Shown here in pieces: positions 1 through 8,040 of a DNA stretch of 64,000 bases; positions within the stretch are counted from its first letter, which is position 1, and every line of letters begins with the position of its first letter. Origin of the DNA: an uncultured bacterium (lineage in GTDB: Bacteria > Acidobacteriota > Thermoanaerobaculia > Multivoradales > JAHZIX01). The position numbers and the translations under genes are program-made. Below the pieces are notes generated by a model. The model ran no database searches. It had not been told where the DNA came from and worked only from the letters and a program-made list of their open reading frames with translations. The stretch is from positions 1 through 64,000 of the forward strand of contig CBDUPA010000015.1 of the NCBI GenBank assembly GCA_965368975.1. The letters are read 5' to 3'.

Positions 1-253
1 CACCACGAGCGATCGCGGCCAGCTTTTCGCGCGCCTGATCGCGCGCATCCGCCAGGCTCATCACCGGGTAGACACCGAGGTTCAAGCGGCGCTTGCTGCC
101 GCTGGCACCCTTGTAGCGCACGATGAAGGTCTTGCGACCGCTCTTGGAGACACGCACTCCGAAGCCAGGCAGCTGGAGATCCCAATAGTCGGTCATCCAG
201 CGCCCGGCGGTGAAAGTGTCTATGTTGCGGTGGGTCAGGTGGGCTTTCGGCAT
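1..253 (-). CDS. Tyrosine integrase with N-terminal arm-binding domain; only the 5' part lies in the window
   Basis: Manual translation MPKAHLTHRNIDTFTAGRWMTDYWDLQLPGFGVRVSKSGRKTFIVRYKG... is nearly identical to the N-terminus of the integrase at 29432-30586. Confidence 0.9.
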   Translation of the reverse strand, partial: MPKAHLTHRNIDTFTAGRWMTDYWDLQLPGFGVRVSKSGRKTFIVRYKGASGSKRRLNLGVYPVMSLADARDQAREKLAAIARG

Positions 254-262
254 GGCCTGGCC

Positions 263-1252
263 TCACCGCACCGGCTGGACCTGGCACCACTGGCCAGCAC
301 CCGCAACAGTGATCGAGGCGTACAGCTCGACACCCACCACTCTCCCGGCCTCTTGGAGCCGATGTGTGAAGCGCTCATCCTGCCGGCTCGGCATTGGGTT
401 GCCGGACGGGTGGTTGTGCCCGACCACGACCGAGCGTGCATTAGCCAGCAAAGCCGGCGCCAAGATGCCGCGCGGCTCGGCTTGCGCCCCGGTCAGGATC
501 CCAATGTAGGGCACGTCCCAGCCGATGACTCGGCGGTTGCCGTCCAGGAAGAGCACGGCCAGAGCTTCGCGGTCGTAGCCCTGCAGCACTTGCCAGAGCA
601 GCGCCGCCGCGTCACCACCAGCACAGACTCGGGGATAGGTGTGCAGAGGTGCGCTCGCCTCCCGCACCAGCTCGACGCGAAAGCGCGGCACCTTCGGCAG
701 CAACGGTTCCTTGGCGCGCCAGTATGGGCTCGTCGGTCGGCTCTTGAGGAGGTTGGCACGGCAGGGCCGAGGCACTCTTTGATCAGCAGGCAGGGCAGCA
801 AGCAGCGGAGCGAAGGCATGCTCATCGAGCGGGATCTGTCGCAGCTCAGCTTCCAACTCTGCGCTGGGTCGAAAGTCTGTCCAGCCGAAGCGATGCACCC
901 GTTCCCCCACCTCGAAGCCAACCTCCTGGGCCAAGTCGCGGAACTTTCGGCTGTGGTAGCCGCGATGGCAGCAGTCCTTGACGCCGCGCAGTCCGTTGAC
1001 CCAATGCACCATCGCGTGCAGCAGCGACGCCAAGATCTCGGACTTCGAGCCCGTCAGTGCTGACACGGGAACGCGCACGACCTGAGGCTCTGCATCTTGC
1101 CGATGATCGGCGAGACGTCGCAGGCCCTCGACGCGGACTTGGAGTGGATGTCGCGCAAGCTCCGGTCCGAAGCGGTCGAGCAGCTGCTCGCAGCAACGCT
1201 GCAGCTCCTGCTCAGCTAGTGCGACGTGGGTGCCGGTGTCCATACCCGGCAT
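263..1252 (-). CDS. SprT-like/JAB (RadC-family MPN) fusion protein
   Basis: C-terminal E...HNHPSG-x4-S-xx-D JAB motif; N-terminal LLHAMVH...YHSRKF resembles a degenerate SprT-like HExxH region; paralog at 30591-31580. Confidence 0.8.
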   Translation of the reverse strand: MPGMDTGTHVALAEQELQRCCEQLLDRFGPELARHPLQVRVEGLRRLADHRQDAEPQVVRVPVSALTGSKSEILASLLHAMVHWVNGLRGVKDCCHRGYHSRKFRDLAQEVGFEVGERVHRFGWTDFRPSAELEAELRQIPLDEHAFAPLLAALPADQRVPRPCRANLLKSRPTSPYWRAKEPLLPKVPRFRVELVREASAPLHTYPRVCAGGDAAALLWQVLQGYDREALAVLFLDGNRRVIGWDVPYIGILTGAQAEPRGILAPALLANARSVVVGHNHPSGNPMPSRQDERFTHRLQEAGRVVGVELYASITVAGAGQWCQVQPVR

Positions 1253-1255
1253 CGG

Positions 1256-1663
1256 TCAGCTCTCCAGATCCGGTGCGATACCCAGCTTCTCTTCGAGCCG
1301 CGCCGCCTGTGCGGCCAACTGGTCGGACACTTCGATGGCCAGCAGGTGGAACCGGGATAGCTCCGGGTCGTCGACGCTGCCCGGCTCGGCGCCGAGGTGG
1401 TGGATGTGGCCTTGAAGTTGACGCAGGTCTTCGAGCGCGGCGCGCAGGTCGGACTTGACTGGCACCTCGCCGCGTTCGCGGTAGGTCTCCTCGTGGAGCA
1501 AGGCGTTGTCGTAGAGCGTGACACCGACCCGGCGGAAGGCGTCGCGGATGTGGGCTTCCGGGTAGAGATGCAGGTACGTCTCGCGGAAGACGGCGTGGGC
1601 CTCCCACTGCGTCGGCTCGAGACTCGTCGATAGGGGATTGCTATGCTGCGGCTGGTCACTCAT
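1256..1663 (-). CDS. Conserved hypothetical protein of the integrase module
   Basis: Near-identical paralog at 31584-31994; AAGGAAGG-type RBS before ATG 1663. Confidence 0.8.
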   Translation of the reverse strand: MSDQPQHSNPLSTSLEPTQWEAHAVFRETYLHLYPEAHIRDAFRRVGVTLYDNALLHEETYRERGEVPVKSDLRAALEDLRQLQGHIHHLGAEPGSVDDPELSRFHLLAIEVSDQLAAQAARLEEKLGIAPDLES

Positions 1664-1722
1664 GGGACTTCCTTCCTTTGAGTGGCTAGGCCCGGTTCGG
1701 TGCTGGTACACCGGATCGGGCC
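1657..1722 (-). promoter_or_regulatory. Conserved two-hairpin leader covering the RBS/start of the integrase-module operon
   Basis: ggcccggttcggtg-loop-caccggatcgggcc plus cactca...tgagtg; both conserved at 31988-32054 with a different loop. Confidence 0.55.
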
Positions 1723-2001
1723 GCTTGGTTGAAGGGTGGGCTGGCCTGAGCTGGTAGCAGCTGGGATAGGGCCACCCGGTGAATCTGGTACCACTACAGC
1801 GGGACCGGGCGAGCTGTCAACCACATGAGCGGATGATCCATACGGCACTCAGGATCATAGACATCCTTCTCAAGAACTAGGACTACAGAAAACCTTCTTC
1901 GACACCGAGTCACGACCTGACCCAGTCTGCCAGGGTGGAGCGGCTTGCCGGGGTAAGATCTCGGGCGAACTGTTGAACGTCTTTTTAGTGGAGGTTTTCC
2001 G

Positions 2002-5000
2002 ATGCCTGTAGGGCCGCTGCCTTTTGAGACTCTCGATCCGAAGACATTCGAACGCTTCTGCTTTGCTCTGCTGGCGGCGGAGGGGCACTCCGAGCTGCGC
2101 CACTGGGGCGACGCCGGCAGCGAGAAGGGCTGCGACCTAGTCAGCGTCGACCAAGAGAAACGTCGAGTGGTCACGCAGTGCAAGCGGGTGAAGGAACTGG
2201 GACCGACCGATGCCGAGAAAGAGGTCGCCAAGGTTCTGGACCACCAGCCCGATCCCAGGCCGGAAGTCTGGTCGCTGCTGGCGACCTGTGCGCTATCCCG
2301 AGAGACGGAGAAACGCGTCAAGGCGAGAGTAGGGGACGGCTTCGAGACGGAGTTCACCGGCCGTACTGAACTCGAACACCGGGCCCGTAAGCATCCTCAT
2401 GTCCTGGAACTCTACTTCGGCTCCCCCTATCGCAACGATCCACCGTTGTGGTGGATTAGCGCCGCACCTCTGGATGAGCAATGGGCGCATGCGTTCGCGA
2501 AGGATCTGCAAGCCTGCCTGCGGAAGGTGAACCGCAAGGCGAACGTCGAAGTCGGGATTCCGTCGGACAAAGTGTCCTGGCCCGAGGTGCCCGAGACCGC
2601 GAGCGTTGGGATCGTCCTAGTATCCCCCGAGGCCCTGGCGCACAGCAGCTTGCGGCGACTTTGGAGGGAGAGTTTGTGCCAGCCATGCCTCCAGAGCGGC
2701 AAGCGCACGCTGCTGGCACTGGACTTCGCTGCAACCCCGTGGCCGGCATGGCTGCAGGAGCGCTTCGATCGCGTGGACTGGCCGGCAGACTCGGATAGCG
2801 ATGCCGATCCATATCGCATCAACCTGGCTCAGATCATCTCCAAATACATCGGACTCACGGAGAATGGCGACCTACCTGTATCCGTGAAGAGCCCCGATTC
2901 CATGTCGCGGCGGTTGCCGGAGAGCCTGCGCCAGCGCCTGGTCAATGCCGTAACACCCTTCGCGGGCAAGACCCACGAGTACCGAGCACTGGCTAGTGCC
3001 CTTGGACTCGACGGCCGCAAAGCTCTGGACGATTTCGAGACGGCTGAAGAGCGCGCCGCTGCCGCCTTGATCCTGGCTACCGGCGACGACGATCCCAGCG
3101 CTGCCGGGCAGCGCGTCCTTGCCATGATCCAGGATGAATTCCGCGACTCTCCGGCCGGCTTCGAGCATTTCGGTGCGTTACGCCGAGCGCTGCAGCGACA
3201 CCAAGCTTCTTTACCCCAGGAGCAGCAGCACGACCTGCTCAGCACCTGGCTCGAGTACATCGAGTCTACGCACCGCCGTCTCGTACCGGCTTTTCAACGA
3301 GACCAGGAACTGATTCTGCTCGATCGCGTCTACGTCGAGCTGCAACTGACTCCAGACCAGCAAGAGCGATTCACTGCCCGGCGGCTCCCGCAGCTGGAAG
3401 GTAGTGCCAGCCCTGACGGGGTGGTAGGGCACCGAGACGAGGAGCACTTGGCACACACCCAGTCCCTTGAAGAACTTCTCGCCCTTGACCCGGCTGACTA
3501 CTCCTGGGTCACCCGGCGCTGGATCGTGCGCGGCGACCCGGGCTCTGGCAAGACGACGCTGCTGCGCCACTTGGCCGCCAAGCTGGCCAAGGACTCGATG
3601 CGGCGCTGGGTCCCGCTGTTCCAATCCCTACCCGTCTTGCTGCGAGAGGGCAAGAACCTGCTCGAACGGGTCGAGACGCTGCTGGATGGCGAGGGCCTGA
3701 GCCGCGTGCTAGATCATGCGGGAGAGGAGGGACACCTGCTCGTTCTGCTCGACGGACTCGACGAAGTCGGCCCCGAGGTTCGTCCCCAGGCCGAGCAACA
3801 GATTCGCCGTCTCGCCGACCGCTGGCCGGAGACTCCGATCGTCGTCACCACCCGGCCGATCGGGTATCGGCGTTTCGCGGGAGACTTTCGAGAACTCCAA
3901 CTTCAGCCCCTCGATCACCAGCGCAGGCTTGGCTTCCTGGCTCGCTGGTTCGGTCGCAGCGAGGAAAAGGAAGATCACGAAAGAGCGATCACAGCTCTCC
4001 AGGAACTCGACGGTCCGGGCTTCGAAGAACTTGCCGGCAATCCGCTCTACCTGACCCTAATGGCCTTGCTGCTCGAGGATGATGTCTCACCGTCCCGCAA
4101 CCGCTCCAAGCTCTACGACCAGGTCTTTGAGCTACTGCTCGAAGGCAAGCACAAGCTAACCGCCCGCGACAAGAGCTTCGAGAAGATCCAGCGTCCGGAG
4201 CTGGTGCGCCAGGCGCTGCGCCTGCTCGCCGAGTCGATGACCTTCGACAACTGCGATGCCGAGCGCTTCGGAAAGCTGCAAGAGCGCTTGTATCGAGATG
4301 AGCTGGAGAGCGTGCGCGAGGAACTGCGCAAGGTGCATTGCTGGGACGGCAAGGTGGACCGCTTCCTGGAGGACATCGCCGAGAAGGTCGGCATCCTCGG
4401 CCCGCACGACGGTGAGGATGCGGACTGGCGCTTCTGGCACCGCACCTTCAAAGAGGCTCTGACCGCTGAGCGGATGGCCGAATGGGACTCGGAGAAGTTG
4501 CTGCAGCATGCGCATGACATCCAGGGGCAAGAGAGCCGCTGGGCCGAACCCTTCGCGTTGGTGTGCGGCGTCGTCGACGATGCGGATGCCTTGCTGAAGC
4601 AGTTGCTGGAGGCCAACCGAGATCTCGCTCTGCGCGCGCTGCCGACGGCGCAGAACGTCAGCGACGAAACGGTGCGCGAGGTGCTGGAACTGACGGACAA
4701 GTGGACCGAGCGCTCGAAGGTCTATGAGCAGTTGCCGGAGCTGGTCGGGGACCCGGAGCGCTGCTTGCGGCTGATCGATCGGCTGCGCCAGGGAGTTCGC
4801 AACGGCAATGACCTCTACTTCCTGGACCATGCGGCCTGGCAGGTGGGACAAGCCTCGGAAGGCCTGTGCGAACGAGCGGAAAACCTGCGGCACCGGATCT
4901 ACGACGAGTTGCCAAAGGTCGAGGATCCTGAGCTACTGCGCCGTTGGCGGCGCCCGGACGGCGAGGAGAAGGATCTGTGGTGTCGAGTTCCTGCGGGAGT

Positions 5001-5733
5001 CGGCTGGGTGGGTTCCCGAGACGATGAGGTCGACGACGATGACCCGCGAGGGCATGAGATGCCGCGGCATCGGGTCGAGGTTCAGGGGGACTGCTGGCTG
5101 TTGGCGGTACCGATCACGAATGCCGTGTACGCAGCGTTCGATCCGGGCAAGAACTCTCATCGTTGGAAAGGCATCGACCCAGAAGAGCTAGCTGCACACC
5201 CCCGGGTGCTTGTGACCTGGTACGAAGCGGTCTCTTTTTGCCGCTGGCTGGCCTGCCAGCCGGGTTTCGAGGGTGCGGCGCCCAGCCTGCCGGAAGAGGA
5301 AGTTTGGGAGTACGCGTGCCGGGCGGGATCGGAGACGCGGTATTGGAATGGCGAGGACGAGGAGCAACTGGCAGAGGTGGCTTGGTTCGGGGAGGACCCT
5401 CTCAAAGGGACCACACATCCTGTAGGTGGAAAGCTCGGCAACGAGTTCGGGCTCTACGATGTACACGGCAACGTCTGGGAGTGGACAGCTTCGGGCTTCG
5501 ACGAAGCACGCTACCAGGGGCGCACCTCAGACTCGCCACATCCGGTCGATCCGACGACCCACCCGGCAGATCTTGCCGCCTCCCCCCGCGTCGGGCGCGT
5601 GTTGCGCGGCGGCTGCTACGGGAGCACGGCTCAGCGGTGCCGGTCGGCGTACCGGCTCAGGAACGACCCGTGGGACGGGTGGAACGAGAACGGGTTCCGC
5701 GTGCTGCTGTCCTCCGCCCCGAGCGGCCTTTGA
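2002..5733 (+). CDS. DGR target 1: Mrr-like restriction endonuclease + TIR-like + NACHT NTPase + C-terminal FGE-sulfatase (CLec-fold) domain
   Basis: FERFC...GCDL...QCK nuclease-like motif; Walker A GDPGSGKTT, Walker B LLVLLDGLDE; WEYACRAG, GLYDVHGNVWEW, RGG...GFR FGE motifs; GGAGG RBS. Confidence 0.9.
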   Translation: MPVGPLPFETLDPKTFERFCFALLAAEGHSELRHWGDAGSEKGCDLVSVDQEKRRVVTQCKRVKELGPTDAEKEVAKVLDHQPDPRPEVWSLLATCALSRETEKRVKARVGDGFETEFTGRTELEHRARKHPHVLELYFGSPYRNDPPLWWISAAPLDEQWAHAFAKDLQACLRKVNRKANVEVGIPSDKVSWPEVPETASVGIVLVSPEALAHSSLRRLWRESLCQPCLQSGKRTLLALDFAATPWPAWLQERFDRVDWPADSDSDADPYRINLAQIISKYIGLTENGDLPVSVKSPDSMSRRLPESLRQRLVNAVTPFAGKTHEYRALASALGLDGRKALDDFETAEERAAAALILATGDDDPSAAGQRVLAMIQDEFRDSPAGFEHFGALRRALQRHQASLPQEQQHDLLSTWLEYIESTHRRLVPAFQRDQELILLDRVYVELQLTPDQQERFTARRLPQLEGSASPDGVVGHRDEEHLAHTQSLEELLALDPADYSWVTRRWIVRGDPGSGKTTLLRHLAAKLAKDSMRRWVPLFQSLPVLLREGKNLLERVETLLDGEGLSRVLDHAGEEGHLLVLLDGLDEVGPEVRPQAEQQIRRLADRWPETPIVVTTRPIGYRRFAGDFRELQLQPLDHQRRLGFLARWFGRSEEKEDHERAITALQELDGPGFEELAGNPLYLTLMALLLEDDVSPSRNRSKLYDQVFELLLEGKHKLTARDKSFEKIQRPELVRQALRLLAESMTFDNCDAERFGKLQERLYRDELESVREELRKVHCWDGKVDRFLEDIAEKVGILGPHDGEDADWRFWHRTFKEALTAERMAEWDSEKLLQHAHDIQGQESRWAEPFALVCGVVDDADALLKQLLEANRDLALRALPTAQNVSDETVREVLELTDKWTERSKVYEQLPELVGDPERCLRLIDRLRQGVRNGNDLYFLDHAAWQVGQASEGLCERAENLRHRIYDELPKVEDPELLRRWRRPDGEEKDLWCRVPAGVGWVGSRDDEVDDDDPRGHEMPRHRVEVQGDCWLLAVPITNAVYAAFDPGKNSHRWKGIDPEELAAHPRVLVTWYEAVSFCRWLACQPGFEGAAPSLPEEEVWEYACRAGSETRYWNGEDEEQLAEVAWFGEDPLKGTTHPVGGKLGNEFGLYDVHGNVWEWTASGFDEARYQGRTSDSPHPVDPTTHPADLAASPRVGRVLRGGCYGSTAQRCRSAYRLRNDPWDGWNENGFRVLLSSAPSGL
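5584..5724 (+). repeat. DGR variable repeat VR1
   Basis: 5584-5658 and 5692-5724 differ from TR only at TR adenines (10 changes); 5659-5691 does not align with TR. Confidence 0.8.
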
Positions 5734-5744
5734 AGTTTGATCAT

Positions 5745-6039
5745 TGATCTTAGAGAGTGTGGATGAAGCTGGCAGGCCGGCAGGGCTTGCCGGCCGACTC
5801 GGCCGTTTCTGCCGGCAGTAGATCGCCAGAGTTCGCCAGATCGCCAGAATACTTGCCAAGGCGAGCCAGATTGGGCGGGTCGTATCCGGCAATATCTGCC
5901 GCGCTTGGCACCCGAGCCACCTGAGTTCTGACCGTCAACAGCGCAACTTTACCGGCCTTCTCAGGGTTCCAGCCGATCTTGCCAGGGTTGCCGGCAAGAC
6001 TTGCCACCCGCACCTGGCAAGCCGGCCAAACATGCCACC
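5745..6039 (+). repeat. ~290-bp non-coding element downstream of VR1 (copy 1)
   Basis: Co-linear with the reverse complement of 7741-8035, roughly 75-80% identical by eye; starts tgatc(t/a)tagagagtgtgg. Confidence 0.85.
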
Positions 6040-7035
6040 TCAGAACAGAATGATGCCAACGCTGGAGGCGATGGTCCGTTCCAATTCGACGTCCAAGCTG
6101 CCGTCGAGATGCTGGCGGATGCGGCGGTGCAAGCGCCGCAAGGGGCGCTTCAGACAGTGGATATCCTGGCGCGAGATCCGGTGGCCCAGGGCGTTGAGAT
6201 GACCATGGCACGAGACGATACGGGCTTGCGGGTGCTTTAAGCGCAGACCGCGCTCGGCCATCAGCCACTCAGCGATCCTCTTGCGCCAGCGCTCCAGCTT
6301 GCGGCGACCGTCGGCGAAATAGAAGGTGTCGTCGAGAAAGCGCAAGTAGGCCGGTACCTTCAGCTGCCGCTTGACCCAGTGGTCGAAGCCGTTGAGGTAG
6401 ACGTGTGCCGCCAGCATCTGGCTGCTGTGGGCGCCGATCGGCAAGCCACGACCCGGCGGAGGCCAGTCGGGGTCGAGCCCAGCCAGCTTGCGCAGCTCCG
6501 GGTGCCCGTGTAGCTCGTCACCGATCGCGAGCAACCGAGCGACGAGATCCAGGAACCTGACGTCCCGAATGCGCCGACTCAGCAAGGCGAGCAGGATGTC
6601 GCGGTCGATCGACGGAAAGTAGGAGCGGACGTCCAGGTGCAGGGCAAAGCGGTAGCGGCGTTGAAACTCCTGCAGGCGCAGCACCGCCCGGTGCGTGCCG
6701 TAGCCCGGACGGCAAGCGTAGTCGTCGTGGGTGTAGGTCGGCTCGAAGATCGGGTCGAGCTGGTGCACCACCGCGGTCTGCACGATGCGGTCGCGCAGCA
6801 GGGTGCGGGCGATGACGCGCGGCTTGGGATCGCGGATCGAGACGAAGTCACAGGGCTGCGGCCGGTAGGTGCCCGCCGACAACTCGGCCTGCAGATCCTC
6901 CAACTGCTCCTCCAGGGTGAAGAGGAACCAGGCCACGTCTCGCCTCCGACGCTTGCCGCGCGTCGTCTCCCTGGCTGCCCGCTCCAAGGCACAGGGCTGG
7001 CAAAGGCGCTCGAAGAGGCCGGAGGTTGTACGCAT
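6040..7035 (-). CDS. DGR-type reverse transcriptase
   Basis: DPKPRVI...RDRIVQ, YACRPGYGTH, LDVRSYFPSID, DGR-type GLPIGAHSSQ, LRFLDD, LGHRI; adjacent TR/VR pair. Confidence 0.95.
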   Translation of the reverse strand: MRTTSGLFERLCQPCALERAARETTRGKRRRRDVAWFLFTLEEQLEDLQAELSAGTYRPQPCDFVSIRDPKPRVIARTLLRDRIVQTAVVHQLDPIFEPTYTHDDYACRPGYGTHRAVLRLQEFQRRYRFALHLDVRSYFPSIDRDILLALLSRRIRDVRFLDLVARLLAIGDELHGHPELRKLAGLDPDWPPPGRGLPIGAHSSQMLAAHVYLNGFDHWVKRQLKVPAYLRFLDDTFYFADGRRKLERWRKRIAEWLMAERGLRLKHPQARIVSCHGHLNALGHRISRQDIHCLKRPLRRLHRRIRQHLDGSLDVELERTIASSVGIILF

Positions 7036-7117
7036 GGTGCGAGGCCAGCACACCCGGGCGCTCAGCCAGCTGATCCAGCCGGCCTACGAGGACGGGCGGC
7101 ACACACGTGGACCAGGA

Positions 7118-7636
7118 CTAGGACTGGGGTCCACGGACGGGAACAGGCCTGCTCGGGACGCCCGGCCACAACGGCCGGAGTCGCGGGTTCGGGGCGGAGG
7201 ACAGCAGCACGCGGAACCCCTGGTTCCTGGTCCTGATCCTGGACTCGATGGCAGGATCGTCAGCGTTCCGGTACGCCGACCGGCACCTCTGTGCCGTGTT
7301 CCTGTAGCTGCCGCCGCGCATCACGCGCCTGACGCGGGGTGGCCCGTTCCCTGAAGTTGAAATTCGTTGACTGGTGGTAGCTGGGAGCGCTCGACACGCT
7401 TGCGCCAGCCGCTGTGCCGACCGTGCCGGCAGAGCGTGCTCCACCACCAACCGCACCTGATCCGCCTTGGCTTGGAGACCGCGCCGCTGTGCGTCGGTGA
7501 GTGGCAGGTTCGACCGATCGATCCACCAGCGTCCATCTCGCTTCACACCCGGCAGATCGCCACGGGCCAGCTGGGCCCGAACAGTGCGTGGACTGCGGCC
7601 CATCAGAGTGGCGGCGGCGCGGGTGGAGAGTTCCAT
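7118..7636 (-). CDS. Excisionase-like HTH protein whose frame runs through the TR (putative DGR accessory gene)
   Basis: MELSTRAAATLMGRSPRTVRAQLARGDLPGVKRDGRWWID is an HTH_17/MerR-like winged-HTH pattern; it occupies the usual avd position upstream of TR and RT. Confidence 0.7.
   Translation of the reverse strand: MELSTRAAATLMGRSPRTVRAQLARGDLPGVKRDGRWWIDRSNLPLTDAQRRGLQAKADQVRLVVEHALPARSAQRLAQACRALPATTSQRISTSGNGPPRVRRVMRGGSYRNTAQRCRSAYRNADDPAIESRIRTRNQGFRVLLSSAPNPRLRPLWPGVPSRPVPVRGPQS
7186..7341 (-). repeat. DGR template repeat (TR)
   Basis: Adenine-rich master copy of both VRs just upstream of the RT; all 10 differences from VR2 are at TR adenines. Confidence 0.95.
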
Positions 7637-7740
7637 GACTTTGCTCTCTAATGGTTAGTTTTCGCCTGCTCTATGTATTTAGACGCTCCTCGGCAGCGGA
7701 GTGTTAATTTGCCGTGTTCGGTGTCAACGGTGTGCACCTC

Positions 7741-8035
7741 CGGCGGCAGGATTTGCCGGCTTGCCAGCGCGGACGGCAATTCTTGCCGGCAGCCCTGGCA
7801 GGATAGGCCGAAACGCTGAGCTGGCCGGCAAAGTTGCGCTGTTGGCAGCCAGACCTGAGGTGGCTCGGATGCCAGGAGCGGCAGATCTTGCTGCGTGCGG
7901 GTGCCCAATCTGGCCGGCCGCTGGCGAGGGTTGCGGCGACTTGGCTAAGTCTGCCGACTTACTGCCGGCAAGATCGGCCAGGGCAGCCGGCAAGCCGTGC
8001 CGGCCTGCCGGGTTCACCCACACTCTCTATGATCA
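7741..8035 (-). repeat. ~290-bp non-coding element downstream of VR2 (copy 2)
   Basis: Inverted homolog of 5745-6039; begins a few bases after the target-2 stop codon. Confidence 0.85.
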
Positions 8036-8040
8036 AAGGC

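Noticed and set aside
6040-7035. Group II intron or retron RT
   Set aside because: Short, no maturase/endonuclease region, has the DGR-type GxxxSQ motif and a clear TR/VR pair.
7118-7636. ORF as a third FGE-domain target gene
   Set aside because: Its FGE-like segment is the adenine-rich template (all mismatches have A here) and the rest of the FGE domain is absent.
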